A stretch of 62,918 nt of DNA, filler included, from Chiloscyllium plagiosum (lineage: Eukaryota): NCBI RefSeq assembly GCF_004010195.1. It is 4 parts of one record of this genome, joined end to end, with 100 filler letters (N's around TTAATTAATTAA, not from the genome) between each part and the next. Parts side by side here need not be neighbours in the genome. Positions count along the whole stretch, not along the records: positions 28,453 to 46,409 come from NC_057711.1; positions 46,510 to 58,713 come from NC_057711.1; 2 more parts are not named here. One strand, written 5' to 3'. Below the pieces are notes generated by a model. That model saw nothing but the letters and a program-made list of their open reading frames with translations, was not told the DNA's origin and made no database searches. Positions 37,990 through 49,409 of the stretch are shown in pieces (the stretch's first letter is position 1; each line of letters begins with the position of its first letter). Both the position numbers and the translations under genes were made by a program.

Positions 37990-38460
37990 CATTGCTCTCC
38001 CTCTCAGCCTCTGTACCAAGAGTTCTCATTGTTCATATATCAACCTTCATTTTAACTGTTCATGTTCTTTCTCCTCTGATTTCATTGTTCTCTTACCATC
38101 TCTAAATTTCTCCCCATGTGCTATTCATGACCATTCCCTTGATCCTGCTGTCTCACATAGTCTTGCTAGTCCAATCACACAGGTAAGACCATTTCTGATG
38201 GTTCCTTGTATCATCACCACCCTCGTCCCCATTCCCATTCCAACCTGATCTCCCTTTGTCTCTAGGGGGATGAAAAATAAGTATAAATGCATTTACAACT
38301 GCTCTTTCAAAATTCCAACTGTCTCACCTTCACATCATCTTCACAATGTTTCTGAAACTATTGATTTGCTCAATCATGCCTTCATCTCCACATCTGATGT
38401 CCTAATCCCTCATATAACTGTTACTGGCTCTAAGTTCTCCTGCTGTTTCTGCATTGTCAC
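37990..38460 (+). mobile_element. L2-like LINE remnant
   Basis: catgaccattcccttgatcctgc...gaccatttctgat (endonuclease C-terminal LDL/SDH region); overlaps in sequence with 43430-43580. Confidence 0.55.
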
Positions 38461-38619
38461 TGGTCCAAAATCCCAATACTCCAATCTGGAAAGCACTGTA
38501 GTTGCACCTACATAACATGGATTGCAACAGTTCAATAACGCAACTCACTATCACCTTCCCACTTACAAATAGGGACAGGCAATAAATGCTAGCCTAGCAA
38601 GTGAAGACCACATCTTATT

Positions 38620-39320
38620 ATCCAAATGGAGAGAGATTTAAGAATACTCTGGTACAATGGGATTCATTGCACATGAATCTCATACATATGCCTGCAAATA
38701 CAGCAAGTGATCAGGAAAGCAAATGGAATGTTGGTCTTTATTGCAAGAGATATGGAGTATAAAAGTGTGTTATAGTTTTGCAAGCCATTGATGAGACTAC
38801 AGCTAGAGTGTTGTGCAAAGTTTTGTTCAAGTTACTTAAGGAAGGACATACTTTTATTGGAAGTAGTTCAGAGAAGATTGATTCCTGATTGAAGGAGCTG
38901 TCTTATTAAGAAACTTTTGAGCAGATTGGACCTACACTCAATGGGACTTAGAAGAAAGAGAGGTGATCTTATTGACATGTGCAACCTTTTCTGAGGGTTT
39001 TAACAGGGCAGATGCTGAGAGGACATTTTCCCTTGTAGGGGAATCTAAAATTTTAAAAGAAAAGGTATCCCATTTATGATGAAGATGAGAAGGATCATTT
39101 CCTCTTTCATAGGATCATTAGCATTTGGAATTCTTCATCACAGACAGCAATGGAGGCTGAGGGGTCACTGAATATTCAAGAGTGGGTTGGATAGATTTTT
39201 GATTAACAAGAGAGTCAAATGATGATCTGGCAGGAAACTGACATTGAGACCATAATCAATTCAGCTTGATTGTATTGAATGGCAGAACTGGCAGGATGGG
39301 CCACACAACCTATTCCTTAG
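38620..39320 (+). mobile_element. CR1 LINE 3' fragment, degenerate
   Basis: aggaaagcaaatggaatgttgg...agaggtgatcttattga...tttggaattctt. Confidence 0.7.
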
Positions 39321-39852
39321 GATCCTGGTGATAAAGCAGACAGAATCTTCAAAAATGTCAAAACGCTTTTACAAGTGTTATTACTGGTCATCCTTCGTGG
39401 GGATATAAAGTGCTAAAAGATGACAGCTGTGTCAGCAGCCTGGGGGAAGTATGCCCTGACATCCAATTTGCAGTACCATAATACATTAAATCACAAAGTC
39501 GAGATATCAAATAGAGATTGATACTGAGCCATGAAGGATATTAGGACAGAACATCAGCTGCTCAATTAAAGATGTAGGTTTTAAGGAGCTTAAAGGAGAA
39601 CAGATTAGGGAATGAATTCCAGAGTTGAGTGTGCTGGCAGCTGAATGTAATGAGAAAAAATGGCAGCTATGTAATGGTTCCTGGGTGACACGAGGTAACA
39701 GAATAGAGGCTGGAAGATAAACCATTACATGCATTTCTCTGGCTGTGGCTGTACAGTGAAAGCTGAATCATGTAAGTGCCATTCTATCCAGCAGAATGGT
39801 GCAGGATAGTCCTCCCACCTACAATCTGGAATAGTTATGAGCCGACACATAC

Positions 39853-39978
39853 CTGCTTCTGCATTGACAGTGGAACTGCAGAGTGAGAGGTCGCAGCCGA
39901 GCATTTCGAAACTGGAGCTGAAGAGCTGAGGTCAAAGTCTGCTGACAGAGACTCCAGGATGTCATCGTCTGTTGGACC
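39853..39978 (-). CDS. CAST: Calpastatin-like exon, subdomain C: GPTDDDILESLSADFDLSSSAPVSKCSAATSHSAVPLSMQKQ
   Basis: 126 bp, phase 0/0, acceptor aatcacag, donor CAG/gtatgt. LESLSADF motif. Confidence 0.9.
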
Positions 39979-40353
39979 CTGTGATTATAAGAGAACAACT
40001 ATATTATTGAATTATTATGGAGATAATTGCTACTCTCCCTTTCACCCTTCCTCCACCTTCAGCATAAGGAACACCACCTTTTCCTGGCTGCTAATAATTT
40101 GATGAAAAGTCACTGGACTCAAAATATTAACTCTGAATTCTTCCCGCAGATGCTGCCACACCTGCTAATTTTCTTCAACAATTCCGATTTTTCATGCTGA
40201 AATACTTTTACTGGTCCCAACATTGTCAATAAGCGTATTCAACTTCAACCAGTACTATTAATAAGCTGTCCCAAGTGACCATGCCAAATGCAATCCTGTA
40301 GAGTTTCCCTGAAAGGAACAAAATGATCTTACAAAAAGATAAGACATGTTTAC

Positions 40354-40410
40354 CTTCCCTTTTTTCTCTGGTTTTACTCCTGGACCAGTGGAGAATGAGG
40401 CCGCTTTGCC
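40354..40410 (-). CDS. CAST: Calpastatin-like B-C linker exon: GKAASFSTGPGVKPEKKGK
   Basis: 57 bp, phase 0/0, acceptor tttcttgcttcag, donor AAG/gtaaac. Paralogous to 29940-30002 (shared STGPG). Confidence 0.8.
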
Positions 40411-40533
40411 CTGAAGCAAGAAACAAATTTTATATGCTTATAAAGAATAAAGGTAACTGGTAAAACAGCACAATAAATATATAGAAATATTTCAGCATTC
40501 TGTAGCATTGTGTCTCATAATGTCAATGTGAAC

Positions 40534-40712
40534 TACAAATAATCAAGGTTAGAAGTTACGTGATACCAAGTTATGGTTCAATAGATTTATCTGAAATCAC
40601 AATCTTTTGAAGTGCTGCTCCTTCATCAGCTGAAGTGACCTGGTGTGGTGCGACTTCTGACCTTGTCCACCTCAGTCCAATACGAGCTCCTCCACATCAT
40701 ACAAATAATCAA
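40534..40712. mobile_element. Fold-back PLE-derived mini-element with 13-bp TSD and decayed hammerhead (40597-40633, minus)
   Basis: TACAAATAATCAA at 40534-40546 and 40700-40712; ggttagaagttacgtgataccaag is inverted to cctggtgtggtgcgacttctgacc; minus strand CTGATGA-A-GGAGCAGCACTTC-AAAAG. Confidence 0.7.
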
Positions 40713-40974
40713 TAAGTTGACCTGAAAAGGCACTTAGCTACTACACAGCAGGACTAAATGACCAAATGTGCAATGGTTATTTTGATTATCAGACAAATTT
40801 TATTTTGTAATTCTGTCGGCTTTAATTTCTTTAATTTGATTTCTACTACTGCAAAATCAATTATGTGTCTCTTAATATTAGAATGTTGTGGAAATGTTTT
40901 TCAATGTTCACTCATTAAAGTACAAATTGATTGAAATAATGTTGGCTTGACTCAAACTGCTCTTTGAACCGAAC

Positions 40975-41070
40975 CTTCAGATCAGGCTGTTCTTTAAATC
41001 TGTAATCAGGGGGTATGGATTCTTCCGTTTCTCCCACTCGCTCAGCTTTCTTCTTATTAACATCTGATTC
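40975..41070 (-). CDS. CAST: Calpastatin-like exon, inhibitory subdomain B: ESDVNKKKAERVGETEESIPPDYRFKEQPDLK
   Basis: 96 bp, phase 0/0, acceptor tttttag, donor AAG/gttcgg. GExEESIPPDYR matches the LGxxExTIPPxYR calpain-inhibitory core. Confidence 0.92.
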
Positions 41071-41848
41071 CTAAAAATGAACAATTATTCAAAATCAAAA
41101 TTCAAATTTTATGATTAAATATCCATACATAGTGCTTCAATAAAATGATAAATGGAACTAAGTGAATCAAGACTTTGAAAAAGCTGACTCCAAATGTGTG
41201 TAATAAGATTGGTAATGAAAATGACCTGAAGGATGCATTTCCTCCACATGCACTTCCATGCTATTTAAGATAAAACAGTTTAATGCATAAATCAGAGGGA
41301 TTGGGATTGTACATACCAGAAGTATATGGGAAGAACACCTAATCCATCATGAGGTTTGGTTCATTTACACACACTCAACCACTAGTGATCCACCAGACAA
41401 ATATTCTAAATCACTTTCTCAGTTGTCAGTGATTATTGTCTTTGGGTTCATTTTTTAAAGCTCAAGGTAGTTTCAGTCAGAAAACCAAGCTTCGGCAGAA
41501 AAAAATAAGTTGAAGTACCTTCAGATATTTTTCAGCATTAGGGACATTATATATTCATAAAGGTATTAATGTAGAAGAATCAGGAAAGTTACTTAATCAT
41601 ACCTCGAGCAAGGGGAAGTTTTAGACTTGCTTATGTATTAAAATGTGCAATCGATTCACAAATAAGAGGAGCTAAGCATAGAACATGGTACCATTGCTAT
41701 TATTGTGGGAGTTGGGTAACGGCAATACTGCCAACAGAATATCTTCATATGAATAGCTGTATATTTAGCTCCAACATAAAAAGGATCAATGTAGGATGCA
41801 ACAAATATTGAAAGGTTAAAAGTATCAGTAGAGAAACTTCATTTGTAC

Positions 41849-41938
41849 CTTCACCTCAGGACCAGTATATTTTGGGCCTGAATCATCCGGTGCCTCTGAT
41901 GGAAGTGTTCCTGCGAGCAGGTCAAATGGGTCATCACC
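41849..41938 (-). CDS. CAST: Calpastatin-like exon, subdomain A plus YTGPEV motif: GDDPFDLLAGTLPSEAPDDSGPKYTGPEVK
   Basis: 90 bp, phase 0/0, acceptor ttttttcaag, donor AAG/gtacaa. YTGPEV and the D-L-x-x-T-L helix are calpastatin domain-1 hallmarks. Confidence 0.9.
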
Positions 41939-42029
41939 CTTGAAAAAACAAAATACACTTTTTCAATTTGTAACAAAGCTCAACGGAAATGTGTCCTGAC
42001 AGTGGCGAAAAATGTTACTGAAAACAACC

Positions 42030-42483
42030 TGCTGCCAGGGTTGGACGACTTGAGCTATAGGGAAAAGCTGAATAGGCTGGGTCTGTTTTCCCTGGAGTGT
42101 TGGAGGCTGAGGCCTTATTGAGATTTATAAAATTATGAGGGGCATGAATTGGGTAAACAAACAAGGTCGTTTCTCAGATGTGGGGAATCCAGAACTAGAG
42201 GGCATAGGCTTAGGGTGTGAGGTGAAAGATTTAAAGGGGACCAAAAGAGCAACTTTTCCACACAGAAGGTGGTGCATGTATGGAATGAGCTGCCAGAGGA
42301 AGTGGTGGAGGCTGGCACAATTACACCATTTAAAAGGCGTCTGGATGGGTATATGAATAGGAAGGGTTTGGAAGGATATAGGCCTAGTGCTGACAAATGG
42401 GACCAGATTAGGTTAGGATATCCAGTCAGCATGGATGAGTTGGACCAAAGGCTCTGTTTCCATGCTGTACATCTCTGTGACTC
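42030..42483 (+). mobile_element. CR1/HER1 3' end inserted in a CAST intron
   Basis: VWNELPEEVVEAGTITPFKRRLDGYMNR (ORF 42269..42535); absent from the paralogous intron at ~32610-32635. Confidence 0.85.
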
Positions 42484-43339
42484 GATAATTGTTCTTCACA
42501 CATTTCTCAACTATCTACACCTGACAGGAGCTTAACCCTGGAAAATGTGAAGGAGAATAATGAAGAATTTTGTTTTGACAATCACTGATTGGTGAATTTT
42601 CAATCTGTTTCCGTGAATAAATGTGTATGGTACACATGGGGAGAAGCACAATGCTGGAATTTTGTCTGAATATGTATGGAGCCGGATTCGAAAAAAACTT
42701 TGAATTTTGCTTAACAGTTCTTCCACTGAATGTGAAGAATGTGTCAGTAACTCTATAGTACTATTAAGTGTCACTCAGACAATTCAGGTCTCACTGCAGT
42801 ACAGGTATTTGGTGGCTGTTGTGACAGTATGTGCCTACACCTTTAAGGATGTAAATCTCAAACTACTGCCAGTCACTACCCACCTCAACAAGATATTAGT
42901 CCTGTGACTTGTTGAGCAGACTGAAGTAGCAGTGGTAAAAGTCAGATATGCTATAAACAGCATTCCAGTGAACATTATCTGTATTTAGTCTTCCCTCCAT
43001 ATAAAGAGGCCACATTATTAACTGACCAATCCTTACAAGTGTATAGCATTGTTATGGATAAAAAAGACAGCAAGTGTTGTGTACACCAGGACTTTTGTTG
43101 ACTTGTGGAGTTCTGTGTTGTCAAATATTTGCTGGTGTAGTTTCGAACTGGTTTTGGATTAGATCATCAGTCTAATCTTTTTAAAGAAGTAGTTACCCAG
43201 TTGAACTGATGCTGATCTATACTAGTCATTATTTTCCCAGAGGAAACCGAAATCTCAACGATACATGATTTGACAGATCTATTTCTGCTGTAATCAGAAC
43301 TTATGCATTTCACACCTTATTCTTTCGTTTCTCACTTAC

Positions 43340-43384
43340 CTTTGAATCACCTTTACTTGCAGCTGGTGAAGCTTTTGAAGGTAT
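43340..43384 (-). CDS. CAST: Calpastatin-like linker exon: IPSKASPAASKGDSK
   Basis: 45 bp, phase 0/0, acceptor cttccttgcacag, donor AAG/gtaagt. Homologous to exons 37716-37772 and 36755-36811. Confidence 0.75.
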
Positions 43385-43429
43385 CTGTGCAAGGAAGAAC
43401 ATTTGGTTTTTAGTTTCTCTTAGTTTCTC

Positions 43430-44260
43430 CCAAATTAACTTCCAATTGTCCTTTCAGAATCTCTACCGTGTAGCCTTTACCCTTCCATCCACTACAAAGT
43501 TTCTGCAGTGACCAATCTATTCAACTACATCTTCAACTTTCAATTCCTTAGTCCCAAAAGCTGTTACTCTCTCACCCCAGCCATTCCCCTGCCTCTGATC
43601 CCCATCCCTGCTTTCTTGCAAACTTAAAGGAAAACTGCTTGAATCATTCATCCCAAATGTGACTTGACTATATGAATGCTATTGGTTCCTGCTCTCATCT
43701 GCTAAAATTGCTCATCATTCTAGGATCATCCTGGAGTGCAAAGATAACCCTTTTTCTTTTCACTACTTTTAAACTGTGCCCCTCTCCACTCTCACATCCA
43801 ACAGAAAATGCGAAGAGTTTATGAGCTTCTTCATTTCCAAGATTAAAACTATTCAATCCCTCCATCTGAAATTATAAACAGCCTATTTGTAACAATTGCC
43901 TTCTAGCCTTGCCTTGAATATGCATCTTACTCTAGTTTATTTATTACCTCCCTGCATTCACTCTCTGAGTTCACTTTGTCCATGAAACCCATCTCCAGCT
44001 AATTCAACTTTATTCCCACGAAACTACTGCCCACCCAATTTCCTTACTTTATTTTCACTCTAGCCTATATTTTTAACAGTGCAGGTGATTGTCTCTCTCC
44101 GATCTATTATCATCATCTCTCTCCTCAAAAGAACAGTCCTGGACTCTAAAGTCATTGCAAACACCTCTCCATCTTCAACCTTCCTCTCTACTTCACAGTT
44201 CTTGAATGTGTGGTCACCTTCCAAATCCATGCCCATTGTTCCCAGAACTCCATGTTTTTA
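43430..44260 (+). mobile_element. L2-like LINE ORF2 remnant
   Basis: LSSAKIAHHSRIILECKDNP-type segment and ctctcctcaaaagaac..ctggactc (PLLKK..LD motif). Confidence 0.6.
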
Positions 44261-44264
44261 TTCA

Positions 44265-45010
44265 TTTATTGGCTGGTCCAGAACTTATCCCCCAACCTTA
44301 GCTGCACTTGAAAAGGTGGTGGTGAGCTGACTTGTTGAACCACTGCAGTCTATGTTCTGTAGGTAGACCCACATTGCTGTTAAGGAGGACGCTCATGGAT
44401 TTTGACCCAATGACTTGGAAGGAACAGGGATATACTTCCAATTCAGGATGATGAGTGGCTTGAAAGGGAACTTGTATGTGGCTCTGTTACCATGTATCTG
44501 CTGCCCTTGTCCTTTCCAGATAGCACAACTCATTTGTTTAGAAGGTGTTGTCCACGAAATCTTAGTAAATTTGTGCAGTGCATCTTCTAGATGGTACACA
44601 ATGCTGCTACTGAGCGGTGCTAATCAGTGGTGGAGGCAGTGAGCGTTTGAAGATGTGGATTGAGGAATATTCTATCCTGACCTGCTCATGTAGCCACTTA
44701 ATAGTAGGAGATTCAGTGATGGTAAAGCCATTGAATGTAAAGAGGTGACAGTTAGATTCTCACTTGCAATGGATGTTCACTGCCTCGCATTTGAACGGTG
44801 TGAATGGTATTTATCCCTTGTCAGTCTAAAGCTGAATATTGTCCAAGACGTGCTGCATTTGGATGTAGACTGCTTCAGTATCTGAGAAGTCATGAGTGTG
44901 CTAAACATTGTGCAATCAAAGACCAATCACACCTCTGAACTTATAACGGAGGAAATGTCATTGTTGAAGCAGCTGAAGATGTTAGGCCTAGGTCGCTACC
45001 CTGAGGTAGT
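44265..45010 (-). mobile_element. Old CR1/L2-group LINE 3' remnant
   Basis: Homologous to 33290-34330. Confidence 0.6.
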
Positions 45011-45302
45011 GTTCGCACACTTTTACCTCTGGTGTTGTAGCAGGGTTGATTTATTTGCATGGCACATACGAGTAGGGTTCCTGCTTCTAGTTGAAATGAA
45101 GAGAAAGAAAGTTTAAATTGCCACTGGTGAGAAAAGCAGCCACAGTGTATGGGTCTGTACAAACTGCAGTGATATGGTTCGCAACAATCTCATCAGATTG
45201 GAAAACCAAATACAGAATGCATTTTTGTGAACTCCCAACCAACTCTACCTTCCTAAATTTCACTCTGTTACAGAAGCTTACAGTTGGAGATTGTTGCTGT
45301 AC

Positions 45303-45428
45303 CTCCTTCAGCACAGACTGTGGAGCTGCAGAATGAGAGATTGCGGCTGAACATTTGGAAATCGGAGCTGCAGAGCTGAGGCCAAAGTCTGCTGACAGAG
45401 ATTCCAAGGCGTCACCTTCTGACATACC
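45303..45428 (-). CDS. CAST: Calpastatin-like exon, inhibitory subdomain C (upstream repeat): GMSEGDALESLSADFGLSSAAPISKCSAAISHSAAPQSVLKE
   Basis: 126 bp, phase 0/0, acceptor ttgcag, donor gtacag (in-frame alternative gtaagc 21 nt further). DALESLSADF matches the calpastatin C motif (DAIDALSSDF type). Paralogous to 39853-39978. Confidence 0.88.
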
Positions 45429-46092
45429 CTGCAATGACAATATGAAAAAATATATACTTAATTCACTTCAAAGATATTTCAAGCATACAGGTAAACAAGG
45501 TGTGCCTCAAGCCCGCAATATTGCAGTACAAAATAAAACACCAGTATCACCAGCCGTGATCGCCTTTAATTTTCTGGGTGACCTCTCAATGGCACTTCAT
45601 GACAGCTGTTGTGTTGTGCAAGAGTGATGGACAGCTTCCAAGTCTACTGGAAATGGAAAGTGCTACTGATGCAAGATAAAGACTTTTGCAAAAACCATGA
45701 TTACTTTTAATAATAGTCTGAGTCTTGTTATACCTGTATACATGGTATTGATTCTGAATATGCTTTGAAAACAAGCATTCACCAAAACAGGAGAACAGTT
45801 CAATAGTTCTTCTTAATTTGAGCAGTTCAAACCACAATGATGAAATACTTTGGAAAGTAAGGGAAGTAATGGTGCTTTAGTTATTGAAGGCCCAAATATA
45901 GTTTTCTTCTTGCTAACATTCCTGATATACTTCCACGCTTTCCTTGCACTATAATAAGCAGGGTTCATATACTCATCCCTTCAGTACCCTCTAACATTCC
46001 AGATAGGATAATTCGTTTGGGAGAAAACTGAAGCACCACTATCTACAAACTATGAATGAGATGGTACAGTTAAACATACATGTAACTCTCTT

Positions 46093-46409
46093 ATAGAGTC
46101 ATAGAGATGTACAGCATGGAAACAGACCCTTCGGTCCAACCCGTCCATGCCGACCAGATATCCCAACTCAAACTAGTCCCACCTGCCAGCACCTGGCCCA
46201 TATCCCTCCAAACTCTTCCTATTCATATAGCCATCCAAATGCCTCTTAAATGTTGCAATTGTACCAGCATCCACCACATCCTCTGGCAGCTCATTCCATA
46301 CACATACCACCCTCTGCATGAAAAAGTTGCCCCTTAGGTCTCTTTTATATCTTGCCCCTCCAACCCTAAACCTATGCCCTCTAGTTCTGGACTCCCTGAC
46401 CCCAGGGAA
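46093..46409 (-). mobile_element. CR1/HER1 3' end, truncated by spacer
   Basis: atagagtcatagagatgtacagcatggaaacagacc...; reverse of the 54425-54945 type. Confidence 0.85.
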
Positions 46410-46509
46410 NNNNNNNNNNNNNNNNNNNNNNNNNNNNNNNNNNNNNNNNNNNNTTAATTAATTAANNNNNNNNNNNNNNNNNNNNNNNNNNNNNNNNNNN
46501 NNNNNNNNN
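46410..46509. other. Assembly spacer / contig join
   Basis: N run with TTAATTAATTAA. Confidence 0.97.
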
Positions 46510-46852
46510 CCCCACCTCACCCCAGTTCCAAACTTCCAGCTCAGCACTGTCCCCATGACTTGTCCTACGTGCCTATCTTCTTTTCCACCTATCCACTCCA
46601 CCCTCCTCCCTGACCTATCACCTTCATCCCCTACCCCACTCACCTATTGTACTCTGTGCTACCTTTTCCCCACCCCCACTCTCCTTTCATTTATCTCTCC
46701 ACCCTTCAGGCTCTCTGCCTGTATTCCTGATTAAGGCTTTTGCCCGAAACGTCGATTTTACTGCTCCTCGGATGCTGTCTGAACTGCTGTGCTTTTCCAG
46801 CACCACTAATCCAGAATCTGGTTTCCAGCATCTGCAGTCATTGTTTTTACCT
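46510..46852 (+). mobile_element. Neptune-type PLE 3' end / pLTR; hammerhead core mutated (CTGATTA)
   Basis: Matches 1250-1630 and 133-300. Confidence 0.85.
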
Positions 46853-47022
46853 ATATAACTCCACCTGGCTCACTAGTGTCCTTTACTGATAAAAGATTTG
46901 CTGTTGTAACCTGGTTTGGGCTCCATGTGATTCTGGACCCACAGCTCTTGAAATGGCTTAGCAGGCCACTTGGTTCAAGGGTAATTAGGCATGGCAATGC
47001 TCATGTTCCATGCAAGAATAAG

Positions 47023-47350
47023 GGTGGCACAGTGGCCAGCACTGCTGCTTCACAATGCCAGGGGGTAGGGTTCAATTCCAGCCTCGGGCAACTGTCTGTG
47101 TGGAGTTTGTACATTCTCACCGTGTCTGCGTGTGTTTCCTCCGGGTGCACCGGTTTCCTTCCACTATCCAAAATTGTGCAGGTTAGGTGATTTGGCCATG
47201 CTAAATTGCCCATAGTGTTTGGGGATGTGTAGGCTGTTTGCATTAAGCAGGGGTAAATATAGGATAGGGGAATGGGTCTGCATGGTTACTCTTCGGAGGG
47301 TCATTGTGGACTTGTTCGGCCAAAGGGCCTGTTTCCACACTGTAGGAATT
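47023..47350 (+). mobile_element. HE1-type SINE
   Basis: ggtggcacagtggccagcactgctg head; agggcctgtttccacactgtagg tail. Confidence 0.85.
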
Positions 47351-49409
47351 CTGTTTCAAATGATGAATATTAGCTGCTTATCCACCACTTTTCTTGATCC
47401 TTCTGCTGTCTTTCTGTTTTCCGGCTGCTGAAAACCTTGATAAGCAGCCATTTCTTACAATCAAAAGTTGGAAAGACTTGTCTTTACCCTTCAAACTGCT
47501 AATCACAAACTCTATTCCCTCACCAATTATTGATTCCCCCCCCTCCCCTTACTAATAGATTTATCTTTTCCAGACAATTGTGGACTTATTTATGAATATA
47601 CTCAAGGTTAACTGATATCCTTTGGATAATAAAGGAATTAGGGATATGGTCAAAAATTATGCCAATGCATAAGTTGAGCCACAATCATATTGAATGCTAT
47701 CATAGGTTTAAAGGACCATGTAGCTGACCTCTTGTGATAGGTTAGGTTTATGCAAGTGTTGTTCTGATCCCGCCAGGAATCATTAACCCTTAAAAGGAAC
47801 TCTGAACACCCCTTGATTAACTAACAGAACAACTCATGGAATTTCACATTTTTATGGAATAAAACAATTTCAGTGCAGATGTAAAAGAATGAAGCGATGC
47901 TGCATTTGTTAATACTATAGTTCAGAGCTACTTGTGCTATGCACTCCATTCTGCTTATGTTCTCCCTTGTACATTACAAGGATTTTGAAGATTCAGTCAC
48001 TTTTCAGGACCAACCTAATGATGTGTCACAGGCTACTAGAATCAGTCTAATTCCCTTTTATATTTAAACTTTCTTTGAGGTATAAAATTTAATAGGGAAT
48101 GTTCCATTTAGATTTTGGTCAAGTGAGCATCCACATTCTCTTCAGAATTGCTTGACTTTGAATTTCCCAGCATCAAATTGGCTTTTGCTTTCATTCTGAA
48201 GGTTAACTAGTGTAAATTTCTTCCTTTTAGCCCCTGTTGTAACTTGCATGCTTACCAATCACTTGGTTAAAGATACATTGGATAAATTTGTTGTCCCTGT
48301 CCTCCTTTTAGGTTGGGATCTAAAACATCTAAGTTTGTGTGGTAGAGGAAAAATGTTTGTTAGTCTAACCAGAAGAGGCTGTAATGATGTAATTTACTGC
48401 TAGGTAGCATTCAGATAAAAGTTACTGTTTGTATGCAAGATATTATTACTGTCTATGAGGGAGATCTTGACGTGTTCTTCAAGATCCAGAGCAGTCTCCT
48501 GAAAGGGTCCATATGGTATTGGTGCCGAGTACACTCATCAACATTGACCCTTACACTGTTATACAACAACCTCCAGCTGGTCAAAATCTTCCAGCTTTTT
48601 TTCCCCAGATGAATTCCAACGCTTCAAACTGAGTGACTTCTGCTGTGAGGTGAATTATTTTTTCAATGTGAGGAACACTGCACATTTCTTCCTGTACTTT
48701 TAAACTAGCTAAATCATCCAGCTGAAGTCAACTTTCCTCTCTCGAAATACAGTCGAGCTTGACACTACCCATGCTTCATGTGGTGAAAGTGAAAGTTAGT
48801 GTCATCCCTGCTTAAAGTGCAGGCCACACTGAAAACCCTCTTCTGGTTGCCCCAATCCAGTGAGCTGTAGACTACAATCTAAATCTATGCTGCATCTACT
48901 TTTTGTGAGACTTGCCAGCTAAATTAAACAAAGCTTCTAACCCCTACAATCAATTCCCTTGTTAAAGTCACATACTTTCGAAAGCTTCTCAAAAAGAAAT
49001 GCAAATTCATTATTTTATGTTTCACTTTGATTCTGTAACCCAAATGAATAATTTATATTGGCAACAGAGTTTATGGCCGACCGAAATTTTAGTCTTCCTG
49101 AACAATTGCTCCTAACCTCTACTTCAGGAAATTCTGATCAGCATAATGTTCATTTCCAATTGAAAATATTCTTGTATGTAAATCATGTTAAATTCCACTG
49201 ATGACAAAAGGTGTGATTCTCATGAACAAAGCCAGCCTTTCATTTCACATGAAGCTCAGTTATTCAGGCTAGCTACACCACTGATCCAAAAGTAGCAAAA
49301 TCTAAGCAAAAGTGTAAAGTGTTGAGCAGCAAGGAGCATTAATGTTATACGAACGTATGAAAGAGCAGGAGCATTTGGCCCTTCAAGTCTGCTCTGCTGT
49401 TCATTAATG

